Positions 29,957 through 40,525 of a DNA stretch of 64,000 nucleotides are shown here, one piece after another. A program made the translations under genes and the position numbers. Below the pieces are notes generated by a model, which searched no databases, was not told where the DNA came from, and saw only the letters and a list, made by a program, of their open reading frames with translations. Source of the stretch: a virus (Duplodnaviria; Caudoviricetes); the IMG/VR virus record IMGVR_UViG_3300025608_000006. One strand, written 5' to 3'. How positions within the stretch are numbered: position 1 is the first letter of the stretch; each line of letters begins with the position of its first letter.

Positions 29957-31876
29957 ATGCAAGAATTTGACTTAATAGGCGAAGACCTTTTTAATAAAAT
30001 TAGAGGACGTTTTCCAGAAGTTACTATAGGTGACGAAACTGGAACAGTTACCAACGAGCCGACTATGGCACGTTTCTTTGATTTTGACTATAATGGACTA
30101 GGTAAAGTAAGTGTAAGTATTTCAGAAGATGAAGGCCTAACTGTTATCTATAGCAAAGACTTTATGGAAGATCAAGACGAAATGACACAAGATGCGTGGT
30201 ACGATTTCCTAAAAGAACTACGTGTGTTTAGCAAAAAGCGTATGTTAGACTACAGCGTAAGAGATATTACAAAGTCAAATTTAAATAAAAGAGATTATAA
30301 ATTCTTAGCGAAAACTCCTGAGGACGGACAAATGACAGAATCAAAACTATACGGCACAAGTAAAATTAGTTACCAAAAAGTAGGCGAAGCACGTATTGTA
30401 ATTCAACATACTGAAAACATCAATCAAGAAAGTGCAACAGGACGCACACAAAAAATTGGTAAGATTTACATTGAAAGTGCAGACGGCGAAAGATTCCGTT
30501 ATCCATACAAGCATCTAAGTGGTGCAAGAGCAATGGCACGTCACGTAGCAGAAGGTGGCAACACATATGATGACTTTGGTAAGCACATTGTAGGCCTATC
30601 AGAAGAAATGGGCAAACTACGCAAGTTTAAAAACTACATGGGACGCAGTGCTGTAATGGCAGAAAGTCTCGCAGGGTATGTAGATGTTGTTAAAGAGCGT
30701 ATTGCTACAGTTAAGAAAACAATTGAGTCACTTCAAAAGCCAGCATACTATGCAGAAACTGTTGCAGCATTTGAAACACCAATGATGGAAGATGTACCAG
30801 CAGATGTTAAAGAAAACTGGATTGACCAATTAACTATCAAACAGTTTAATGAAGAACTAGCAGATGTATTTCCATACATTTACAAACTAGTTAGTGAAGC
30901 AACTAAGGCCAAAGAACTAGGACCAAATGACTTAGTGTCAGAAGATAGTAAAGACGAAGAAGTAGACGAAACAAATAACAGCAAAACAACACGTACTAAA
31001 GAAGAAATTGCACTTGAGCAAGGCTTTGAAGAAATGATGGGTCAGTTTGCAGAAGCAAAAGAGTGCGAAGAATGTAATTGCGCACCTTGCGAATGTGACA
31101 CAAACGAAGGCAATGTACAAGAAGCAATGATTAAGACAAGCAAAGACGCCAGTGACGCACTAGGTGTATTACGTGGTAAAGGCAAAAAGATCGAAACAGG
31201 TGACGGTGAGTATGAAGGCAACCTAGCAAACGAGTATGCTAATGAAGTATGGGATGTTTATTCTTGGATTGAAGCAAGAACAAGCGGATTTCAAGGTATA
31301 GATCCAAAGTTTCAAGAAGCAATCGATGCTATGATGGCATTGCGTAAAGAAGCAAAGAAATTAGAAACTCAACCAGGCTCAGGCAAAAATGCACGTTTTG
31401 GTAATCAAATAGTAAACACATTATATCCTGTAATGCAGTATATAGATGCACACGACTTTGATAAAAAAGAAGACGACGGCACTGAAGAGCCAAAAGAACA
31501 AAAAACCCCAATCGGTGAGTTTATACTAAGTTACTTTGATAGAGAGACAGGCGTGTTTCCTAAAGGCGAAACAGCAGTACTAACAATGATTGAAAAAGAT
31601 TATGGCGAGCAGTTCATAGAACCTGCTAAGGCATTTATTGAACAAATCACAGCAAAGTTTGACGAGTGGCAGATGCGCTCACAGCCACAGCAAATGGAAG
31701 ATGAAGTAGACGAAAACTTTACACAGGCAGCAGCGGCAGCAGCAAGAGCACACAAAACAGAATTTGAATATCCCAAAGGATCAGGCAAAATGCATCCTGT
31801 AAAAATGGACAAAGGCACTGCACACGAAATAAATGACGATTACGACAGAATGAGAGAGTTAGCAGGTTTACGTTAA
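29957..31876 (+). CDS. Conserved hypothetical virion protein (639 aa)
   Basis: Late promoter; acidic; ERFRYPYKHLSGARAMARHVAEGG; ends RMRELAGL. Confidence 0.6.
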   Translation: MQEFDLIGEDLFNKIRGRFPEVTIGDETGTVTNEPTMARFFDFDYNGLGKVSVSISEDEGLTVIYSKDFMEDQDEMTQDAWYDFLKELRVFSKKRMLDYSVRDITKSNLNKRDYKFLAKTPEDGQMTESKLYGTSKISYQKVGEARIVIQHTENINQESATGRTQKIGKIYIESADGERFRYPYKHLSGARAMARHVAEGGNTYDDFGKHIVGLSEEMGKLRKFKNYMGRSAVMAESLAGYVDVVKERIATVKKTIESLQKPAYYAETVAAFETPMMEDVPADVKENWIDQLTIKQFNEELADVFPYIYKLVSEATKAKELGPNDLVSEDSKDEEVDETNNSKTTRTKEEIALEQGFEEMMGQFAEAKECEECNCAPCECDTNEGNVQEAMIKTSKDASDALGVLRGKGKKIETGDGEYEGNLANEYANEVWDVYSWIEARTSGFQGIDPKFQEAIDAMMALRKEAKKLETQPGSGKNARFGNQIVNTLYPVMQYIDAHDFDKKEDDGTEEPKEQKTPIGEFILSYFDRETGVFPKGETAVLTMIEKDYGEQFIEPAKAFIEQITAKFDEWQMRSQPQQMEDEVDENFTQAAAAAARAHKTEFEYPKGSGKMHPVKMDKGTAHEINDDYDRMRELAGLR

Positions 31877-31922
31877 TCTGCTAGCACTCATAAGTTTTTA
31901 TGTTTTTTCTTTCAAAAAAGAC

Positions 31923-31951
31923 TTGACGAACGTTGTAGACGGTGTTATTAT
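31923..31951 (+). promoter_or_regulatory. Sigma70-type promoter of ssb
   Basis: TTGACG-17 nt-TATTAT with extended TG. Confidence 0.65.
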
Positions 31952-32034
31952 TAATACTGTGCTATAACATATAAAGGCACAGAGCAACATAAGTTGTTCT
32001 ACACATAGGCATAACATTTAGGAGAAAAGGCACT

Positions 32035-33018
32035 ATGGCATCATTAGCAGAAATCCGAGCAAAGCTCAAAGAACAAGAAGCCCGCACAGGCGGCAACCAA
32101 GGTCCAACTGGTCCAAACCCAATTTACCCATTCTGGAATATCAAAGAAGGTGAAAGCGCAACTTTCCGTTTCCTTCCTGATGGCAACCAAGACAACACTT
32201 TCTTTTGGGCAGAACGTTTGATGATCAAACTTCCGTTCGCTGGTATCAAAGGCGAAACAGATTCACGTCCAGTACAAGTACAAGTTCCGTGTATGGAAAT
32301 GTATGGCGAAAGCTGTTCTATCCTACAAGAAGTACGTGGTTGGTTTAAAGATCCTTCACTAGAAGACATGGGTCGTAAGTATTGGAAAAAGCGTTCATAC
32401 GTATTCCAAGGGTTTGTAACTGACAATCCGTTGACTACAGATGAAGCGCCTGAGAATCCAATTCGTCGCTTTATTATTGGTCCACAAATCTTCCAAATTA
32501 TCAAAGCAGCATTGATGGATCCAGACATGGAAGAACTGCCAACAGATTATACTGCTGGTGTAGACTTCCGTCTTAACAAAACATCAAAAGGTGGATATGC
32601 AGACTACGGCACATCTAACTGGGCACGTCGTGAGCGTCCTTTGAATGATGCAGAGATGAATGCTGTTAACACACATGGTCTTTTTGATCTAAGTGAATTC
32701 CTTCCTAAAAAGCCAGACGCAACTGCTGTAAAAGTAATGCAGGAAATGTTTGAAGCGTCAGTAGATGGCGAAGCATATGATGCAGAACGTTGGAGCAACT
32801 ACTTCCGTCCTGCAGGCATGCAAGCACGTACAGGCGATCCGCAGAAAGAAGCAAGCCCACAAGCTACTGCTGTAAGTCAAAGCGCACCTGCTCCAGAAGC
32901 ACAGCCTGCACCAGCGGCAGAAGCAGCACCAGCACCTGCTCCAGCGGCAGAAGCAGCACCTGCAGAAGGTGGCGGCGCACAGGACATTCTTGCAATGATC
33001 CGCTCACGTCAAGGTTAA
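32035..33018 (+). CDS. ssb: Single-stranded DNA-binding protein (T4 gp32-like)
   Basis: FRFLPDG, VPCMEMYGESC, GVDFRLNKT..GGYADYGTS, Pro/Ala linker. Confidence 0.9.
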   Translation: MASLAEIRAKLKEQEARTGGNQGPTGPNPIYPFWNIKEGESATFRFLPDGNQDNTFFWAERLMIKLPFAGIKGETDSRPVQVQVPCMEMYGESCSILQEVRGWFKDPSLEDMGRKYWKKRSYVFQGFVTDNPLTTDEAPENPIRRFIIGPQIFQIIKAALMDPDMEELPTDYTAGVDFRLNKTSKGGYADYGTSNWARRERPLNDAEMNAVNTHGLFDLSEFLPKKPDATAVKVMQEMFEASVDGEAYDAERWSNYFRPAGMQARTGDPQKEASPQATAVSQSAPAPEAQPAPAAEAAPAPAPAAEAAPAEGGGAQDILAMIRSRQG

Positions 33019-33027
33019 GGGCAACTG

Positions 33028-33061
33028 AAAAGGGTTGCTTTTGCAGATTGCAACCCTTTTT
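33028..33061 (+). terminator. Terminator after ssb
   Basis: AAAAGGGTTGC...GCAACCCTTTT-T. Confidence 0.65.
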
Positions 33062-33087
33062 ACTTTACAGCTTTATAGGAGAATTTA

Positions 33088-34182
33088 ATGGCTAAATCGT
33101 TTGATGTTAGTAAGTTCCGCAAGGACTTAACTAAAAGTATCTCAGGCATGAGTGCTGGATTTAACGATCCTACTGATTGGATTTCAACAGGATCATATGC
33201 ACTAAACTATCTTATCTCAGGAGACTTTCACAAAGGTGTTCCGCTAGGTAAGGTTACTGTGTTTGCAGGTGAATCAGGAGCAGGTAAATCATATTTCTGT
33301 TCAGGTAACATTGTAAAACACGCACAGGATCAAGGTATCTTTGTTGTACTAATTGACTCAGAGAACGCACTTGATGAGAGCTGGCTACAGGCTCTTGACG
33401 TTGACACAAGTGAAGAAAAACTTCTTAAACTTAACATGTCAATGATCGATGATGTAGCAAAAACTATCTCAACATTTATTACAGACTTTAAAGCAATGGA
33501 CGAAGAAGACCGTCCTAAAGTATTGTTTGTAATTGACAGCTTGGGCATGTTGCTAACACCTACTGATGTTGATCAGTTTAACAAGGGTGATATGAAAGGT
33601 GATATGGGTCGTAAGCCTAAAGCATTGACTTCACTTGTTCGTAACACAGTTAACATGATCGGCTCATTGAACGTTGGACTAGTATGTACTAACCACACAT
33701 ACGCATCGCAAGATATGTTTGACCCAGATGACAAGATTAGTGGTGGTTCAGGCTTTATCTATGCATCAAGTATTGTTGTTGCAATGAAGAAGCTGAAACT
33801 AAAAGAAGACGAAGCAGGTAATAAGATCTCAGATGTTATGGGTATCCGTGCTGGTTGTAAAGTAATGAAAACACGCTATGCTAAACCGTTCGAAGGTGTG
33901 CAGGTTAAGATTCCTTATGAAACTGGTATGAATCCGTACAGTGGTCTTATTGAATTGTTTGAGAAGAAAGGCTTGTTGACAAAGCAAGGCAATCGACTCA
34001 AGTATGTAAATCTTGCAGGCGAAGAAGTTCTTGAATATCGCAAGGCTTGGATGCAAGGCGATAAACTTGATTTGATTATGTCGGAATACGAGGAAAAAAT
34101 GACTCCTGTGGTAAATACCGATGAAGTTGACGATGAAGAAGCAACTGTTGATCAAATTGAGGAAGCAACTACAAATGAATGA
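33088..34182 (+). CDS. recA: RecA/UvsX recombinase
   Basis: GESGAGKS, LIDSENA, FVIDSLG, ISGGSGFIYASS, KTRYAKPF. Confidence 0.95.
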   Translation: MAKSFDVSKFRKDLTKSISGMSAGFNDPTDWISTGSYALNYLISGDFHKGVPLGKVTVFAGESGAGKSYFCSGNIVKHAQDQGIFVVLIDSENALDESWLQALDVDTSEEKLLKLNMSMIDDVAKTISTFITDFKAMDEEDRPKVLFVIDSLGMLLTPTDVDQFNKGDMKGDMGRKPKALTSLVRNTVNMIGSLNVGLVCTNHTYASQDMFDPDDKISGGSGFIYASSIVVAMKKLKLKEDEAGNKISDVMGIRAGCKVMKTRYAKPFEGVQVKIPYETGMNPYSGLIELFEKKGLLTKQGNRLKYVNLAGEEVLEYRKAWMQGDKLDLIMSEYEEKMTPVVNTDEVDDEEATVDQIEEATTNE

Positions 34183-34402
34183 AGAACACATCAGTGACAT
34201 CTGGACAATGTTTAAAGAATATACAGACAAGAAACAAATGGAACTTGTTGCCGAAAAGTATGTTGATTTATTAGCAGACTACGGTGTTAGTGATGAAACT
34301 TTTAAGGAAGTTATTGGTACAGATTCTTATCTAGATGAAGCAATTAGCTACTATCTAGATTTAGATAATGTGGACGATGACGACGAGGATTGGGACGAAT
34401 AA
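34175..34402 (+). CDS. Small acidic hypothetical protein
   Basis: MNEEHISDIW...DDDDEDWDE; overlaps the recA stop. Confidence 0.65.
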   Translation: MNEEHISDIWTMFKEYTDKKQMELVAEKYVDLLADYGVSDETFKEVIGTDSYLDEAISYYLDLDNVDDDDEDWDE

Positions 34403-34857
34403 TGGGATGGTATAGCGAGGTATCTCGTGACATTAGTAAGATTCCTGGTGCTGTACAGTTCTTCGAAGATGAGCTAGTTAATGCTCGCGTCGAAGTTAAA
34501 CTCAAAGGCAATGTTGAACGTGCTGCCGCAGAAATGCCAGGCATTGTTGAACATCGTTTCAATCAGCTTCAAGAGATTGAAGCAATTCTCAACTACTTAA
34601 ACATCGAGCTGCGTAGGTTGCGCAGCTCGTACTTTAAGAAATATCTTGAAAACTATCAACGAGCTCTGTCAAGCCGTGACGTTGAAAAATACGTTGACGG
34701 TGAGGCAGATGTTGTTGACTATGAAAAGATTATTAATGAGTTTGCACTAATGCGCAACAAATGGCTAGGTCTACTAAAGGGTCTTGATCAAAAGCAATGG
34801 CAGATTACAAACGTGGTTAAACTACGTGTAGCAGGAATGGAAGATGCAAGCTTATGA
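34402..34857 (+). CDS. uvsY: Recombination mediator (UvsY-like)
   Basis: YLENYQRALSSRDVEKYVDGE, KGLDQKQWQITNVVKLRVAG; follows recA. Confidence 0.75.
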   Translation: MGWYSEVSRDISKIPGAVQFFEDELVNARVEVKLKGNVERAAAEMPGIVEHRFNQLQEIEAILNYLNIELRRLRSSYFKKYLENYQRALSSRDVEKYVDGEADVVDYEKIINEFALMRNKWLGLLKGLDQKQWQITNVVKLRVAGMEDASL

Positions 34858-35579
34858 TAGATTTTTATTGTATACATAAACAAGGCGATAAAGAGACTCA
34901 GGAACCAGTTAACGATGCAATCGAATCTGGAAAGCAATATGGCATAAATGTAATTCCGTACAATGGCATATATGAAAATATCGATAATATCATTGATAAA
35001 GAAAAATTATTTGTAAATCCCGCTGGATCACATAAAATTACACGTCGTGGTAAAGGAGTACTAGGATGTTTTTTATCTCATTATTTTTTATGGAAAATGT
35101 CTAGCGAAAGAAATATTCCTATAGGAGTATTAGAATACGATGCAATCTTTACTAAAAAACTCCCAGATGACATATTATCCAAATTTGATGATTATCTAAA
35201 TTTAGATTACACTAGACATACACATCTTGGGTTATCATCTAATGGTAGCGAATATTTAAAGCAAATTAAATTAGAAGAAAATAATAAGATAGAAATTAAA
35301 AGTATTGTAGAAAATACAAAAACTAAACACAAGCATCACTTTAAGTATATTAACAATAATCATATCAAAGGTGCATTCGGATATATTATTAAGCCTTCAG
35401 GTGCTAGCAAATTAATCAGTGCAACTATACAACATGGAATATTGCCAGCTGATGTTCAACCAAATTTATTATACTGCGATATGAAGTATGTCACGCCTAG
35501 TATTGTTATGTTAAACCCAAAAGGTTTATCCAACAGATACGGCGGTTCTCATACTAATACAGGACGACTATCTTCATGA
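34854..35579 (+). CDS. Glycosyltransferase family 25-like
   Basis: GVLGCFLSHYFLW, VLEYDA, GAFGYIIKPSGASKLI, PADV. Confidence 0.8.
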   Translation: MIDFYCIHKQGDKETQEPVNDAIESGKQYGINVIPYNGIYENIDNIIDKEKLFVNPAGSHKITRRGKGVLGCFLSHYFLWKMSSERNIPIGVLEYDAIFTKKLPDDILSKFDDYLNLDYTRHTHLGLSSNGSEYLKQIKLEENNKIEIKSIVENTKTKHKHHFKYINNNHIKGAFGYIIKPSGASKLISATIQHGILPADVQPNLLYCDMKYVTPSIVMLNPKGLSNRYGGSHTNTGRLSS

Positions 35580-36301
35580 TTACATCTTATTTAAAATGGC
35601 CTGGAAATAATTTTGGCGATAAACTTAATGATATAATATTTCAAAGTCTAGGAATTGAACAATGTATTCCCTACAAAAAACCAAATTTATTTGATCTTAA
35701 AGAAGATACAGCATTAGGCCTTGGCACATTACTATCGCACAAAGTCAAATCGCCAGTAACAGTACTTGGGTCTGGTGCAGATGGTGTACGCAAGCCAACT
35801 ATTCCGTTAAATTACAAATTTGTAAGGGGAAAGTTAACAGCACACTATTTAAACTTGGATCCTTCTCTGGCAGTAGGAGATACTGCGTATTTTTTAAAAG
35901 AATACATACAAAATTTTCAAACAGAATACAAAGAATACGAAATAGGCATTATTCCGCATTATGTAAACAATACAGTATTACAAGGAGATAATATTATATC
36001 TCCAACTTTGCCTATCGATGAATTTATTATTAAGGTTAGCAAGTGTAAGGTAATTTTAGCAGAAGCAATGCATGGTGCAATATGTGCAGATATACTAAGA
36101 ATACCATGGGCACCTATAAGTATCGATCCGGTTAGATATCCTATACAATATTTTAAATGGAATGATTTTGCAAGTATGTTTAATTTAGATTTAGAATTTG
36201 GTACTACAAAAACTTACAAAAAATACTTATCAGGCGATAATATACTAGACACAGTGTCAGATAATGTACATAGTCAATTGTTAGCTGTTGTAAACAAATA
36301 A
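35576..36301 (+). CDS. Polysaccharide pyruvyl-transferase-like protein
   Basis: NFGDKLN, LGSG, VRGKLT, GD, IGIIPHY, EAMHGAICAD..IPW. Confidence 0.75.
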   Translation: MITSYLKWPGNNFGDKLNDIIFQSLGIEQCIPYKKPNLFDLKEDTALGLGTLLSHKVKSPVTVLGSGADGVRKPTIPLNYKFVRGKLTAHYLNLDPSLAVGDTAYFLKEYIQNFQTEYKEYEIGIIPHYVNNTVLQGDNIISPTLPIDEFIIKVSKCKVILAEAMHGAICADILRIPWAPISIDPVRYPIQYFKWNDFASMFNLDLEFGTTKTYKKYLSGDNILDTVSDNVHSQLLAVVNK

Positions 36302-36922
36302 CATATCAGCCTCGATAGTTTCTACGTATTTGTAATTTAACGAATTTAATAAGTCGAGTATTTTATTCTTAGGATAATTAAATTGTTTGCCCAATCCGTT
36401 TACTTCTAAACATATAACAGGTTGAAATTTTTTAATGGTATTAAGCGCACCTTCTAATGCATATCCTTCGTAACCTTCGATATCTAAATGTATTAAATCA
36501 CAAAATTCTAAATCTATAGAGTCAATAAGAATCATCGGAATATTTCCTTCTCCTGAAACTTGATATGTGCCTACATTAATGCCTTTCTTTTCGGTTGCTT
36601 TTTTTGGTAATTTAACATCTACAAACTTCGATTGGTTTCCTAAACAAGCGTTCTTGAAAACAATGTTATCTTCCGTAATGTTCTTTTTTAAGCAATAAAA
36701 ATTTAATGCTTCCGGTTCAAATGTGTAAACTTTATTAAAAATTTTAGAATACAATATAGGGTATGTTCCGCACCTGCCGCCTGCTTGTACAACAACATTA
36801 TGATTTTTACAATGTTTTGAAATTAATAAAGGATTTTTAATTTCAAACTGACCGTCTCTATAATTAGTGTCTTTTTTTGGCCACCATAACCCACTGGGCT
36901 TTTGTTCTATTAAATTTTCCAT
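36281..36922 (-). CDS. FkbM-family methyltransferase
   Basis: VVQAGGRCG, YTFEP, DLIHLDIEGYEGYALEGA, KFQPVICLE. Confidence 0.85.
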   Translation of the reverse strand: MENLIEQKPSGLWWPKKDTNYRDGQFEIKNPLLISKHCKNHNVVVQAGGRCGTYPILYSKIFNKVYTFEPEALNFYCLKKNITEDNIVFKNACLGNQSKFVDVKLPKKATEKKGINVGTYQVSGEGNIPMILIDSIDLEFCDLIHLDIEGYEGYALEGALNTIKKFQPVICLEVNGLGKQFNYPKNKILDLLNSLNYKYVETIEADMLFVYNS

Positions 36923-37686
36923 TTATCTACAGCTTTCATAAAATCAGCGCCAAATTTTTTAGATCCCTTGCCAGTTATTACAAATGATTTTCCTTTAGAA
37001 TGATTGCAGTATTCTCTCGTAATACTTTGTGTTTGATAGTTTTTGGATAAAGAAATAAATGTATTTTGATCCATAAATCCAAAACTAATTTTATTAGTTT
37101 TATAATAATTTAGTTGCGTACCCCAGTCTCTTAATAACTGCGAATCATTTTTAAACGCAGTAAGACTAGTTACGAATCTTCCTTTTATATCAAGACAACC
37201 TTGAGACTGTTCTATTACATTTTCTAAATCAAATGACCCAGTACATACTGTGTCTACATCGTAACACAGTATAGTACTTTTGCCAGACCATAATTTATTC
37301 ATTTCGATAAATCTTCCAGATCTATAATTTTGCCCATGTACTAATTTATGTAATTTCTCATCTAATGTAGGAAGATCTTTTAAAAACCTAAAAGCAGAAT
37401 TTAGTCCAGAAATTAAAAATTCGTCAGTTTTGTTTTCCAATACTTTTTTTAGATTTTTGATAGTTTCTAATTTTAAACTATCGTCTGTATAACTAACAGA
37501 ATAATTACAAGGAAGATTTTTTAATAATACGATATCTTGATCCAGTGGATCTATAATATGAAAATGTATATCCGTAGCTGGGTTAAAGCAAGCAAAACTT
37601 TTAATAAATGATATACCGTATGTATTAAAAAATACACTGTCGGCAGATGTAAAAATACAAGGATCCGTAATTGTTTGTTGCTCCAT
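36910..37686 (-). CDS. Putative glycosyltransferase-like protein
   Basis: FTSADSVFF, SGRFI, CYDVD (DxD), MDQNTF. Confidence 0.5.
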   Translation of the reverse strand: MEQQTITDPCIFTSADSVFFNTYGISFIKSFACFNPATDIHFHIIDPLDQDIVLLKNLPCNYSVSYTDDSLKLETIKNLKKVLENKTDEFLISGLNSAFRFLKDLPTLDEKLHKLVHGQNYRSGRFIEMNKLWSGKSTILCYDVDTVCTGSFDLENVIEQSQGCLDIKGRFVTSLTAFKNDSQLLRDWGTQLNYYKTNKISFGFMDQNTFISLSKNYQTQSITREYCNHSKGKSFVITGKGSKKFGADFMKAVDKWKI

Positions 37687-37737
37687 AATTATATTTATGC
37701 ATTAAGTATGTATATAAATATCAAGTAGGAGATTATA

Positions 37738-38283
37738 ATGAAGCCCTGGCACTTTAAAAAATTTAAACAAGTGATGGCTGAGATCCAGCCATGTTCTATT
37801 GCAGAAATTGGCACTCACGATGGAAGAACAGCTACTCAAATGGCAAATTATGCCTTAGAAATATCTGAAAAAAATATTAGCTATACAGGTTATGATGCAT
37901 TTGATACTATATCGTTATCTGAAAGCTTAAATGATGAAATTAATGGAAAAGGCCTCGGCAATAAAAACGAAGCCGAACGATGGCTCAATAAAGTTAAAAA
38001 AAGAAGTGCAGGGAGATTTGAATACGAATTAATTAAAGGATATACTTCTGATACCCTTACAGTGCCGGTATCGTATGACTTTATCTATGTCGACGGCGGC
38101 CACAGTTATGAAACAGTTAAGCATGACTACACTATGGTTAAAAACAGTAAGGCTATTATATTCGACGATTGGTATATTCCAGAAGTTGCACAATTCCTTA
38201 AAGAATTAGAAAGTGAGCATGATATAGAATACGTTGAATTATCTGACGACTCTAGGCAAGTAGCTATTTTGAGAAATTATTAA
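37738..38283 (+). CDS. Class I SAM methyltransferase (Methyltransf_24-like)
   Basis: AEIGTHDGRT, FIYVDGGHSYETVKHD, IIFDD. Confidence 0.8.
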   Translation: MKPWHFKKFKQVMAEIQPCSIAEIGTHDGRTATQMANYALEISEKNISYTGYDAFDTISLSESLNDEINGKGLGNKNEAERWLNKVKKRSAGRFEYELIKGYTSDTLTVPVSYDFIYVDGGHSYETVKHDYTMVKNSKAIIFDDWYIPEVAQFLKELESEHDIEYVELSDDSRQVAILRNY

Positions 38284-38284
38284 T

Positions 38285-39058
38285 ATGGGCAGAGTAGTAT
38301 TAGTAACAGGAGGTTTTGATCCTCTGCACTCAGGACATATTGCCTATTTTAAATCAGCACGAGAACTAGGCGATCACTTAGTAGTAGGTGTTAATTCAGA
38401 TGAATGGCTTACACGCAAAAAAGGTAGACCCTTTATGCCCTTTGAAGAACGTTGTGCAATCATTAAAGAACTTGCATGTGTTGACGAAGTTATTGGATTT
38501 AACGATGACGATGATAGTGCGTGTAACGCTATTATGCAAGTGCTGTCAACTAAAGGCACTAGCTGGAGTGTTGTGTTTGCAAACGGTGGTGATAGAATAA
38601 ACACCAACACACCTGAATACAAAGTATACGGCGAACATACTGATGTTGAATTTAAATTTAAAGTAGGCGGCAGTAATAAAGCTAATTCAAGCAGTTGGAT
38701 ACTTGACGAGTGGAAAACACAAAAGACTGAGCGAGACTGGGGCTATTGGCGTGTACTCGACGATGTACCAGAAAAAGGATACAAAGTAAAAGAACTTGTA
38801 ATCTATCCAGGCAAAAGTTTAAGTGATCAAAAACATTTCGAACGTTCGGAACAGTGGCAAGTATTGCAAGGTATTGTTAAAATGGATACTGAATATAATA
38901 CAATACAAAATATTACACACTTAGAATCGCACTCTCGTCCGTATGAAATTGGTAAGGAAGTTTGGCATAAAGCAAGCAATCCGGGAACAGAAAACGCACA
39001 TATCCTCGAAATACAATGGGGCGTGTGCTACGAAGAAGATATTGAAAGAAGAGATTAA
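38285..39058 (+). CDS. Cytidylyltransferase-family NTase fused to a cupin domain
   Basis: TGGFDPLHSGH, GVNSDEWLTRKKG, FANGGDR; C-terminal RDWGYW...KELVIYPGKSLSDQKH. Confidence 0.85.
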   Translation: MGRVVLVTGGFDPLHSGHIAYFKSARELGDHLVVGVNSDEWLTRKKGRPFMPFEERCAIIKELACVDEVIGFNDDDDSACNAIMQVLSTKGTSWSVVFANGGDRINTNTPEYKVYGEHTDVEFKFKVGGSNKANSSSWILDEWKTQKTERDWGYWRVLDDVPEKGYKVKELVIYPGKSLSDQKHFERSEQWQVLQGIVKMDTEYNTIQNITHLESHSRPYEIGKEVWHKASNPGTENAHILEIQWGVCYEEDIERRD

Positions 39059-39732
39059 TGAAAGTATTTGTAGGTTACGATCCAAGAGAAGACATTGCAT
39101 ACCAAGTGTGCAAGCATAGTATTTTAGCAAAACAACCCGATGCTGATGTACGTCCTCTTGTACAAAAAGAACTACGGGATGCAGGCTGGTACAAGCGTCC
39201 TGTGGATAAGTTGGCAAGTACAGAATTTACATTTACACGATTCCTTGTACCAGAACTTGCCAACTTTAAAGGATGGGCAGTGTTTATGGATTGTGATATG
39301 ATCCTTACTACTGACATTAAAGAATTGTTTGATCAAGCAGACGACAAGTATGCTGTTATGTGTGTACAACACGATTACACACCTAAAGAAGGTATGAAGA
39401 TGGATGGACAAAAACAAACAGTTTATCCACGCAAGAACTGGTCAAGTGTTGTGCTGTTTAACTGCGCACACCCTAGTAATGCTAGACTTACACAAGACAT
39501 GGTAAACGATCCAGAACTAAACGGTGCATACTTCCATCGATTTAGTTGGCTCAAAGACGAAGAGATTGGCAAGTTAGACCATACATGGAACTACTTGGTA
39601 GGTGTGTATGACGATATCAAAACACCAAAACTAATACACTACACAGAAGGCGGACCGTGGTTTGAAAATTATAGAAACTGCGAGTTTAGCGGACTTTGGA
39701 AAAACGAACTACAGGAAATGATGAATGGGTAA
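39058..39732 (+). CDS. Glycosyltransferase (GT-A fold)
   Basis: KVFVGYDPRE, STEFTFTRF, FMDCDM, RKNWSSV, IHYTEGGPWF. Confidence 0.8.
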   Translation: MKVFVGYDPREDIAYQVCKHSILAKQPDADVRPLVQKELRDAGWYKRPVDKLASTEFTFTRFLVPELANFKGWAVFMDCDMILTTDIKELFDQADDKYAVMCVQHDYTPKEGMKMDGQKQTVYPRKNWSSVVLFNCAHPSNARLTQDMVNDPELNGAYFHRFSWLKDEEIGKLDHTWNYLVGVYDDIKTPKLIHYTEGGPWFENYRNCEFSGLWKNELQEMMNG

Positions 39733-40525
39733 GGTAGCAAAAATACAAGCTTCTGTTATAAACCAAATGCATTTTGACGACTTTATACGAAGTATGTTAA
39801 TGGGCATTAATAAATTTAATATCGAAGAAGATATTGAAGATACTTTAATTATACGAGGCCTAGGCGGCGGAAGTCAAAAAGCAATTAAACGATGTTGGTC
39901 CAGCGGACTGCCGTTTTATGCCATCGACACTGGTTATTTTGGAAATGGCAAACATAAAATATGGCATCGAATCACATATAATGCCCTGCAAAATATGAAT
40001 CAAATTTCTAACTGCAACGAATCTCGTCTTACACAACAACTTGGACAATGGAATCAAATATATAAAAAGTTTACGACTGGAGACAAAATATTAGTATGCC
40101 CGCCGAGCGACAAGGTAATGAATTTGTTTGGACAAGGTACTGCTCGAGAATGGACATCTAATCTAGTAAAACAGATTGAAACACTAACAGACCGGCCTAT
40201 AGAAATTAGAATGAAACCTAGCAGAAGTGCTCGTGTAACTGATAGTACTATTCAAGAAGCTCTGCATGATAATGTGCATTGTTTGATTACATATAATAGT
40301 ATCGCTGCCACCGAAGCACTATTAGAAGGCAAGCCTGCTATTACACTAGGTCCAAATGCAGCACAGCTGATTTGCGAAACAGATCTTGCTAATATCAATA
40401 ATCCTAAAATTCCTACAGAAGACGAGATGTTTAACTTTCTCAAACATCTATCTTATTCTCAATTTACACAAGAAGAAATGAAAAATGGAATTGCATGGAA
40501 AATATTACAGGAGACACAGGTATGA
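39725..40525 (+). CDS. Putative GT-B / capsule-biosynthesis-like protein (paralog 1)
   Basis: YAIDTGYF, ILVCPPS, LITYNSIAATEALLEGKP. Confidence 0.55.
   Translation: MGKVAKIQASVINQMHFDDFIRSMLMGINKFNIEEDIEDTLIIRGLGGGSQKAIKRCWSSGLPFYAIDTGYFGNGKHKIWHRITYNALQNMNQISNCNESRLTQQLGQWNQIYKKFTTGDKILVCPPSDKVMNLFGQGTAREWTSNLVKQIETLTDRPIEIRMKPSRSARVTDSTIQEALHDNVHCLITYNSIAATEALLEGKPAITLGPNAAQLICETDLANINNPKIPTEDEMFNFLKHLSYSQFTQEEMKNGIAWKILQETQV

Noticed and set aside
32880-32965. PAPAAEAA repeat in ssb
   Set aside because: Ordinary low-complexity linker of gp32-like proteins.
33016-33025. AAGGGCAA right after the ssb stop codon as another regulon member
   Set aside because: Not followed by a start codon at RBS distance and sits at a terminator; probably chance.
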